Notes under the pieces: model-generated
Told to the model about the DNA's origin: nothing
Seen by the model: the letters and a program-made list of their open reading frames with translations, nothing else
The model's database searches: none
Origin: a bacterium
Lineage (GTDB): Bacteria > Patescibacteriota > Saccharimonadia > Saccharimonadales > Saccharimonadaceae
Length of the DNA: 41,212 nucleotides
Reading direction: 5' to 3'
Assembly: GCA_021779755.1 (NCBI GenBank)
Contig: JAJYAA010000001.1
Span: forward strand, 1 to 41,212
In this document: piece after piece, positions 35,244-41,212 of the stretch
Position numbering within the stretch: position 1 is the stretch's first letter
How the letters are laid out: each line of letters begins with the position of its first letter
Program-made: the position numbers and the translations under genes

Positions 35244-36125
35244 ATGCCACTAATTAATACTAGCGTCCTCATGTCAGATGCCAATAACTTTAGCACCGAA
35301 CAACCGATTAACCCGTATTATCACCACGAACCGCTCGATCTGGCCGTTGCAGCGACCGAGCACACGGCAATTCATGATTTACTAATTCAGGCAGGTATTA
35401 ACGTCACCAAAGTTGCTTCGCCTGGCGATAGCCAAGATGGCGTCTATACAGCCAACTGGGCATTGGTGCGCGGCGACAAAGCCATTCTGGCACGCCTGCC
35501 GGATGCACGCAAAACCGAAGAAGATTACGCCGAAGAAGTTTTAACTAACCTTGGCAAAACTGTCATTCGTGTTCCAGGTGAATTGAAGTTCAGCGGTCAG
35601 GGCGACGCTTTAGCTTGCGGAGATTATCTGTTTTGTGGCAGCGGCTACCGTAGCGACGTCGAAGCTCAGGCTTTTGCGGCCGAGGCGCTTGGCTACAAAC
35701 GCATCCAATTGCAAACCATACCGCAACTCGATGCCCTAGGTAACCCGGTCACTAATATGGCATCCGGTTGGGCGGATAGTTTCTTTTACGATATCGACCT
35801 GGCTCTCGCTGTTATTAAAGCGCCGAGTGACAACCATAAAGGCCTAATTGCCTACTGCCCCGAGGCCTTTATGCCTGAAAGCCGAGCCCTGCTGGAATCT
35901 ATGAGCGATATCGACAAAATTGAAGTTTCGATTAATGAAGCCGAGTACGCCTTTGCGACCAACCTAGTCTCAACTGGCGAAACTGTCGTCATGAGCGGCC
36001 GCGCGCCCAAGCTGGCCGCAGACCTACGTAGCCGCGGACTAAACGTACTATCCCCTAGTCCCGACATTACCGAACTCGCCAAAGGCGGCGGCTTTATTCG
36101 CTGCACCAGCCTAACAATTCTCTAA
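35244..36125 (+). CDS. amidinotransferase / arginine-deiminase-superfamily (guanidino-modifying) enzyme
   Basis: ~293 aa ending in the superfamily's catalytic-Cys motif GGGFIRCTSL. Start at ATG-35244 with SD AAGGAG 7 nt upstream; the track start at 35154 overlaps the Fem gene. Confidence 0.65.
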   Translation: MPLINTSVLMSDANNFSTEQPINPYYHHEPLDLAVAATEHTAIHDLLIQAGINVTKVASPGDSQDGVYTANWALVRGDKAILARLPDARKTEEDYAEEVLTNLGKTVIRVPGELKFSGQGDALACGDYLFCGSGYRSDVEAQAFAAEALGYKRIQLQTIPQLDALGNPVTNMASGWADSFFYDIDLALAVIKAPSDNHKGLIAYCPEAFMPESRALLESMSDIDKIEVSINEAEYAFATNLVSTGETVVMSGRAPKLAADLRSRGLNVLSPSPDITELAKGGGFIRCTSLTIL

Positions 36126-36208
36126 AAGTGCATAACATTCATATTGACGCGTCCACTATCGTGGGTGTACGATTCGGTTATGGTTATCTAACAAACAGGG
36201 AAATAAAA

Positions 36209-36643
36209 ATGACCGAAGTCATAGATCGCATCAATACTCGAGAAATGCCATCGCCAGATCAAGCAACCCTAGACTTTATGGCCAGCGGTGGCGAAATTAG
36301 CCTAGGTGATATACCGGATGATGAGCTCGAGCGCGACAAACCCACTAGTACTATAGATTACAATGAACTGGTCTTTGCAATTATAGACTCTATACATCGC
36401 CAAGGCGGCGACGATGCCGCCGTCAACGAAAAGTTCGATAGTGAGCTGACGGAATTTCTCTACTTTGCTAGCTTGTCGTATGATGTCGTACTTAATATGG
36501 ACGAGGTAGACGCAAAAAAGGCTATCAAGAATTGGCATCCTTGGCAAAATGACCTTCACTCACTACTCAGAGATAGCCGTCGCGTGCTGTCTGTTCGAGC
36601 CACACTCAAACCCGTCGAAGAACAGGTTCAAGCTGCCGCCTAG
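36209..36643 (+). CDS. hypothetical acidic protein
   Basis: ATG-36209 with AGGGA 8 nt upstream; the track start at 36128 is GTG. No family recognised. Confidence 0.5.
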   Translation: MTEVIDRINTREMPSPDQATLDFMASGGEISLGDIPDDELERDKPTSTIDYNELVFAIIDSIHRQGGDDAAVNEKFDSELTEFLYFASLSYDVVLNMDEVDAKKAIKNWHPWQNDLHSLLRDSRRVLSVRATLKPVEEQVQAAA

Positions 36644-36650
36644 TGTGCGG

Positions 36651-37967
36651 CTACTTCTTTGACGTTTCGATAACCTGAGATTGCAGCGCAATCCTAGCAA
36701 CTTCGACTTCATTCCACGGATAAGTTCCGTCAGCCCGTTCGATAGTTTTTTCGTGGCCTTTGCCTAGCAATATTACTGTATCGCTGGCTTTTTTGACGCG
36801 GGTCATCGCAAAGCCAATTGCCTCTTCGCGGTTCAGCACCAAGAAGGCGTCCTTGCCAACAACCTTACCGGCTTTTTTGGCGCCGCCAGCAATTTGGTTC
36901 AATATTTCATTGCCATCGATATCACGATCGTCCTCTTCGGTTAGAATAACTTCGTCGCTGTAGCGTCCAGCGATTTCACCCTGGATAGCCCGCTTCGATT
37001 CATCACGGCGTCCGGCTGACCCAAATACCGTCACTAATTTGCCCTTTGTAGCTTTACGCAAATCGCCCAGCAAACGCTCAAATGAATCCGGCGTGTGGGC
37101 AAAGTCAACGATCACTGTAAAAGCTTGACCCTCGTCAACCACTGTCATGCGACCCTCGACGCCAGCTAGGGCTTCAATCCCCTGCTCGATTTGGGCTTTG
37201 GTTAATCCCAGCTCGCGGCCAACCGCCACAGCCGCCAAACTGTTATAGACATTAAACTCGCCTGGTATATTACAGTGAATTTTGTAATCGTCCTTGCCAA
37301 TCACGGCGTCATAACGACAACCATCTGATTCTAGTTTGACGTTTTTGGCCGTCAACTTACCGGATTTAATACCATATGACACTGATCGCGGCGCTGCTTT
37401 CAAAAAGGCCTTGGCGTTAGGATCATCGGCATTAGCTATACCGAACTTTTTGCCATGCCTAGCGGCGATTTTAAACAAACGTAATTTAGCCGCCAAATAA
37501 TTAGCAAACGTCCCGTGATAATCCAGGTGTTCGTGTGTAATATTGGTCATTACCGCGATTTCGTAAGGAATCCCCCATGTGCGGTGCTGCGCCAGGGCGT
37601 GGCTGGTAGTTTCTAACACAACCCACTGCACACCTTGCTTTTTAAATTCACGCAGACGCTTTTGCAGTAGTGGCGCGGAAGCTGTCGTCATGTGGGCAAT
37701 CTGTGGAATAATCTCGTTATCCACACCATATGCCACTGTTGTCATCAAGGCGGTCTTTAACCCAGCCTGGCTGAGCATCTTTTGAATCATAAACGACGTC
37801 GTAGTCTTACCGTTAGTGCCAGTTACGCCAATAACGTGCATGTTGCGCGACGGAAATCCATAACGCACATTTGCCAGCACGGCTTCGGCCAGGTGGCCAT
37901 ATGGTTCGATAGTTTTAAATAAAGTTGTTGGAATTAATTTCTTGACGATTGTTCGGATATTAGCCAT
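36651..37967 (-). CDS. murE: Mur ligase, MurE-like (UDP-MurNAc-L-Ala-D-Glu : diamino acid ligase) with short N-terminal domain
   Basis: GVTGTNGKTTT P-loop, NITHEHLDYHG, VDFAHTPDS, FGSAGRRDESKR, ILTEEDDR. Confidence 0.8.
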   Translation of the reverse strand: MANIRTIVKKLIPTTLFKTIEPYGHLAEAVLANVRYGFPSRNMHVIGVTGTNGKTTTSFMIQKMLSQAGLKTALMTTVAYGVDNEIIPQIAHMTTASAPLLQKRLREFKKQGVQWVVLETTSHALAQHRTWGIPYEIAVMTNITHEHLDYHGTFANYLAAKLRLFKIAARHGKKFGIANADDPNAKAFLKAAPRSVSYGIKSGKLTAKNVKLESDGCRYDAVIGKDDYKIHCNIPGEFNVYNSLAAVAVGRELGLTKAQIEQGIEALAGVEGRMTVVDEGQAFTVIVDFAHTPDSFERLLGDLRKATKGKLVTVFGSAGRRDESKRAIQGEIAGRYSDEVILTEEDDRDIDGNEILNQIAGGAKKAGKVVGKDAFLVLNREEAIGFAMTRVKKASDTVILLGKGHEKTIERADGTYPWNEVEVARIALQSQVIETSKK

Positions 37968-37973
37968 GGGGTT

Positions 37974-37979
37974 ATTATA
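37974..37979 (-). promoter_or_regulatory. -10 box TATAAT, 6 nt upstream of murE ATG
   Basis: Minus strand reads TATAAT aacccc ATG(37967). Confidence 0.45.
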
Positions 37980-38005
37980 ACCTACATTGACACGACAGGG
38001 TCACA

Positions 38006-38051
38006 AGCCCCGAACATTCGCTGGCATCCAGCCACCGATTCGTTCGGGGCT
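38006..38051 (-). terminator. stem-loop downstream of the IMPase-family gene (no U-tract)
   Basis: AGCCCCGAAC ... GTTCGGGGCT 10-bp stem enclosing a nested GCTGG-cat-CCAGC hairpin. Confidence 0.3.
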
Positions 38052-38079
38052 GTTTGCTGCCCTTTTATGATTTCAGTTT

Positions 38080-38886
38080 TTAATGCAAAAGTTCAACATC
38101 GCCGGCGCTAAAAATACTCTTCAGCTGAGACACCATCGACGGGTTACCTATTATTACGGCATTGTCGGTAAACTTGGCTGCGCCGCCATCCAATCGACAG
38201 ACCTCCCCTCCAGCTTCAGTAACTATCAAGAAAGCAGCTGCGTTGTCCCATGGCTTTAGCCCATTGTGATGATAGGCGTCAAACCTACCGCACGCAATGT
38301 TGGTCATAATCAGAACACCGCTACCTGGACAGTTAGTCCATGGCATCGTACCGGTAGACTCATAAATCGACAAATGTCGTCGCAAGTTGCGCGCCATTGC
38401 TTCGTCGTCATAACTATTGCTAGTCGCAATACTTGCGCCAGCGATGTCGGTTTGTGAACTTACATGAATTGCCTCGCCGTTACGGAATGCGCCCATTCCT
38501 CTTTCGGCAGAATACATTTCGTCTTTGTATGGGTCGTATACAACACCCCTAATTGCCTGGCCGTTTTCGATATAGCCAATTGATATAGCAGATTCCAGCA
38601 TACCGCGTTTGAAGTTATATGTTCCGTCGATTGGATCCAATACATACCCGGTAAAGTCAGGTGCGTACATTGCCCGGCGCTGCTCTTCGGGGTCTTCTTC
38701 GGACAAAACAACGGCGGTTGGTTCTATTTCTAATAACTTATCGCGCAATATTGCCTGCGACTTAATATCGGCAACCGTAACAAAGTCTTTGGTATTCAAT
38801 TTATCAGTACTATCCGTATCGGTCGACCCGAGCATAAACCGTCCAGCCAAGCGGGCACTTTCAATCATGTTTTTTAGATTATTCAT
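38080..38886 (-). CDS. inositol monophosphatase family protein
   Basis: LSEEDPE metal-binding motif and LDPIDGTYNF, plus a later WDNAAA motif. Confidence 0.85.
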   Translation of the reverse strand: MNNLKNMIESARLAGRFMLGSTDTDSTDKLNTKDFVTVADIKSQAILRDKLLEIEPTAVVLSEEDPEEQRRAMYAPDFTGYVLDPIDGTYNFKRGMLESAISIGYIENGQAIRGVVYDPYKDEMYSAERGMGAFRNGEAIHVSSQTDIAGASIATSNSYDDEAMARNLRRHLSIYESTGTMPWTNCPGSGVLIMTNIACGRFDAYHHNGLKPWDNAAAFLIVTEAGGEVCRLDGGAAKFTDNAVIIGNPSMVSQLKSIFSAGDVELLH

Positions 38887-38892
38887 GTGATT

Positions 38893-38898
38893 AGTATA
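38893..38898 (-). promoter_or_regulatory. -10 box TATACT, 6 nt upstream of ATG-38886
   Basis: Minus strand reads TATACT aatcac ATG. Confidence 0.45.
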
Positions 38899-39015
38899 GC
38901 AAGACGACGATCTGATTATGTGTACTGCTCGGCCTTGGCTCGATACTATAAAAACTTGCGGTCGATAGTCACTAATGCAACGAATGACTGATCTTAAGAT
39001 GACATTCAGTTGTTA

Positions 39016-39282
39016 TTAATTGCAGCTTAATTGAGATTTCGCGTAGGCCTGGGCATGTGTTGTATATGAACCGCCTACTACTGTTTCGTTACTATACTTC
39101 AATGCCAGGCACTGCTGCTTTAATTTTTCCTTTTCAATAGCATTGCTTTGTTCTTGTGCTGCACGAGCTTGCTCAAGTTTCGCATTGCTAATCTGCGGGG
39201 CAATAACTATAAGATAGTAACAAACTGCCATAGCTACGAGTAGTACCGCGATCGACCCGCTAATATATAAGACCTTCTTCAT
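39016..39282 (-). CDS. small membrane-anchored hypothetical protein
   Basis: N-terminal TM helix ISGSIAVLLVAMAVCYYLIVI, a coiled segment and two C-terminal Cys. Confidence 0.5.
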   Translation of the reverse strand: MKKVLYISGSIAVLLVAMAVCYYLIVIAPQISNAKLEQARAAQEQSNAIEKEKLKQQCLALKYSNETVVGGSYTTHAQAYAKSQLSCN

Positions 39283-39288
39283 ACACGT

Positions 39289-39294
39289 ATATTA
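39289..39294 (-). promoter_or_regulatory. -10 box TAATAT, 6 nt upstream of ATG-39282
   Basis: Minus strand reads TAATAT acgtgt ATG. Confidence 0.4.
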
Positions 39295-39430
39295 ACTTAT
39301 TGTATTAGAATATCAACACTGCAAGCATATTGACGACATAAGTTAAACTCCATAACTATTAATTAACAAGTTCAGAACTTATAGCAACAATTGTGCATAT
39401 AATCTAAGCTATAACAATTAGGAGTAGTCT

Positions 39431-39631
39431 ATGTCAGATAATTTGAAAACGTATCACCTAAGAATAACTTTGATCAATGACAAAACGGTTGAATTCACCA
39501 CAAAATATGATGCAGAGCAATTCCTCAAATCATTACATCTAGGTGTGTATCGGTATACGCCGAAAAATGAAGGAGACTCCTACCCGCTTACTCGGGAAAA
39601 CGTAAAGTTAGTTGAAGAAGTCACACAATAA
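39431..39631 (+). CDS. hypothetical 66-aa protein
   Basis: SD AGGAG 8 nt upstream of the ATG. AT-rich surroundings. No family recognised. Confidence 0.45.
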   Translation: MSDNLKTYHLRITLINDKTVEFTTKYDAEQFLKSLHLGVYRYTPKNEGDSYPLTRENVKLVEEVTQ

Positions 39632-39674
39632 CTCTATTGGATTTTTTAGAGTCTAGGGATTTTATAATTTTTAT

Positions 39675-40277
39675 TTATAGCCACGTCGCAACACCGCCAT
39701 GGTGTGAACAGGTACCTCTTCTAGACTGGCTAAAGCTATACGTGCCGTCACTACATTGTGCCGATGCTCCTGCTGGTGCCGATTGACTACTGTACGGGCT
39801 ACATACTGTATTGCCTGCACTATTTACGTATGTACCATTACTACAGACTGGAGCTGGTGCTTTTGTACCGTGAACAATTACTTCGTTTATCGCGGCCGTC
39901 GTAACTGTATCAACAGGCTCGCTCCTGCTAGTCTCTACGCCATCGGTATATGTAACCTGATAAGTATGGGTTAGTAGTCCGTCCACCCCCTTTGTACGAG
40001 TTTGAATAGTTCCTTGATCTAATGAAGAGTCGTCAACAGTTGACGACGTGAACGGTATAGCCTCGGTTGTCGACAGCGCCCTTACTTCGACTTTAGGAGT
40101 CTTCTGCACTGTCTTTACGACTGGAGCTGGTGCTGTTGCTGGGATGTTGGTAATTGTATCGCTGCCTGGTTGTGCAGCTGCACCAATGACACCGAATGAT
40201 AAGATTAACGCAGTCGCGACCGTAGCCACTTTACCTGTTAATGAAAGACCGTGAAACCATGATTTTAGTTTATTCAT
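39675..40277 (-). CDS. secreted/anchored G5-domain protein with C-terminal DUF3761-like Cys-rich module
   Basis: Signal/anchor helix, then a G5-like segment (TTEAIPFTSSTVDDSSLDQGTIQTRTKGVDG...VIVHGTKAP), then CSNGTYVNSAGNTVC...CSDGTYSFSQSRRGTCSHHGGVATW. Confidence 0.7.
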   Translation of the reverse strand: MNKLKSWFHGLSLTGKVATVATALILSFGVIGAAAQPGSDTITNIPATAPAPVVKTVQKTPKVEVRALSTTEAIPFTSSTVDDSSLDQGTIQTRTKGVDGLLTHTYQVTYTDGVETSRSEPVDTVTTAAINEVIVHGTKAPAPVCSNGTYVNSAGNTVCSPYSSQSAPAGASAQCSDGTYSFSQSRRGTCSHHGGVATWL

Positions 40278-40474
40278 GTACGCTCCCGTTTATAGGTTCA
40301 GTTTACTCTAAGATTTGGGGTTGTGCAATTTAATTTACAAACAATTGAACTTGATGATATCGCCCACGACACCACTATACGTCAAAAGCTTAAATAATAA
40401 ATGGACATTTATCACTTTTTATTGTATTGTAGCTTCAGCACGTTTGTGCACCTACTACGAGTAAGGATAGGAGC

Positions 40475-41122
40475 GTGGTCCACATGACCGATGAAGTCAC
40501 CGTGGAGGTCAAGAAGTTCGATACGACGAGCCCATGGACGTGGGCCAACGGAATCACCCTACTTCGTGTCGCTGGCATGATCTGGGGGGTGGTGACTTAC
40601 CTGCATGGCAACATGCAGATGGGGGTCATCATCCTCCTGATCGCCAGTTTGACCGACTGGCTGGATGGAGCAGTCGCAAGGCGGCTCCACCAGACTTCGA
40701 AGATTGGTGCCCGCATGGACCCAGTCGTCGACAAGTTCTTCATGGGTACGGTAGTGGTCCTCGCGGCCTACAAGCTGTGGCCATCATGGGCCTGCATCCT
40801 GTTGGTGATCATCGCCTACACGGAGCTGGACATCGCCTGGCATGCCTACTTGCACCAGAAGTTAGTCCACGCCGACCTTCAGGTTGTGTGGATCGGCAAG
40901 CTCGGGATGTTCGCTCGTATGCCGGCCGTGGTGTTGGTACTGTGGTCAACGACCATCAGCGCCGGACCGTGGCAGGCGGCGATCCTGCTGTCGAGCGGAA
41001 TTCTCGCGATTGCCGGATTCATCTTCGGCATGTCGGCCATCAGCGAGTACGAGAGGCAGACGACCGATGCCCTCGCCCTCATCGCGAAGAAGGAGGCGGC
41101 GGCGAAGCGTCGCACCACCTGA
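40475..41122 (+). CDS. CDP-alcohol phosphatidyltransferase family protein (PgsA-like)
   Basis: Signature DWLDGAVARRLHQTSKIGARMDPVVDK (D-x2-DG-x2-AR-x8-G-x3-D-x3-D) and multiple TM helices. The start is either GTG-40475 or ATG-40484 (SD AGGAG 10 nt upstream). Confidence 0.85.
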   Translation: MVHMTDEVTVEVKKFDTTSPWTWANGITLLRVAGMIWGVVTYLHGNMQMGVIILLIASLTDWLDGAVARRLHQTSKIGARMDPVVDKFFMGTVVVLAAYKLWPSWACILLVIIAYTELDIAWHAYLHQKLVHADLQVVWIGKLGMFARMPAVVLVLWSTTISAGPWQAAILLSSGILAIAGFIFGMSAISEYERQTTDALALIAKKEAAAKRRTT

Positions 41123-41136
41123 CAGTTCGTAGTAGG

Positions 41137-41172
41137 TAGCCGTACCCTTCGGGGTGCGGCTATTTGCTTTTT
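41137..41172 (+). terminator. rho-independent terminator
   Basis: tagccgtaccc-ttcg-gggtgcggcta followed by tttgcttttt. Confidence 0.75.
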
Positions 41173-41212
41173 AGGACATTGTTTTTCTGATACACTAATA
41201 ACAGATGAAAAT

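Noticed and set aside
40534-41139. 201-aa alternative-frame ORF and the 79- and 82-aa ORFs overlapping the CDP-alcohol phosphatidyltransferase gene.
   Set aside because: Arg/Pro/Gly-rich translations are typical of off-frame reading of high-GC DNA. The 40475/40484 frame carries the complete family signature.
1-41212. Search for CRISPR arrays, IS elements or transposases, integrases, prophage genes, toxin-antitoxin pairs and known defence systems.
   Set aside because: I found no regularly spaced direct repeats and no ORFs with recognisable motifs of these families. The only mobility-like trace is the tRNA-Ser 3'-end duplication, reported separately.

Overview
This is a gene-dense (roughly 90% coding), mostly housekeeping 41.2-kb chromosomal segment from a small-genome bacterium. 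The gene content and style point to Patescibacteria/CPR, most likely Saccharibacteria (TM7), but that is inference only and no database was searched. The supporting traits are many short membrane-anchored hypotheticals, a FemAB-type transferase, G5/DUF3761 surface protein, low-complexity tails on core proteins and tightly overlapping genes. Recognisable genes, left to right: truB, PIG-L deacetylase, a degenerate DHH-like protein, rpsT, holA, mutM, HAD hydrolase, dut, polA, a UPF0200-like P-loop kinase, rpoD, dnaG, yjbR-like, orn, mscL, argS, pgl, gnd, pyrG, zwf, nrdB and nrdA. These are followed by a GGDEF cyclase, tRNA-Ser(GGA), a MacB-type ABC pair, PGI/PMI, groES-groEL with a CIRCE operator, FemAB-family transferase, an amidinotransferase-superfamily enzyme, murE, an IMPase-family protein, a G5-DUF3761 protein and a CDP-alcohol phosphatidyltransferase. 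I saw no rRNA, CRISPR array, transposase, integrase or obvious defence system. The observations most worth a second look: (1) The nrdA-nrdB operon is interrupted by two small ORFs, one missing from the ORF track. That 57-codon ORF ends in a C-terminal CxxC, while NrdA has no C-terminal cysteine pair, and NrdB looks like a chlamydial-type class Ic subunit (Phe at the radical-Tyr position). (2) All four zinc ligands of the DnaG zinc-ribbon are substituted. (3) At least 13 genes have a -10 hexamer 6-8 nt upstream of the ATG and no Shine-Dalgarno, which suggests leaderless mRNAs; this pattern also helps choose start codons. (4) The tRNA-Ser 3' end plus its terminator is duplicated around a highly structured spacer. 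(5) A single high-GC phospholipid head-group transferase gene sits next to AT-rich spacers and is a candidate for horizontal transfer. All functional calls come from by-eye motif recognition on the translated ORFs.
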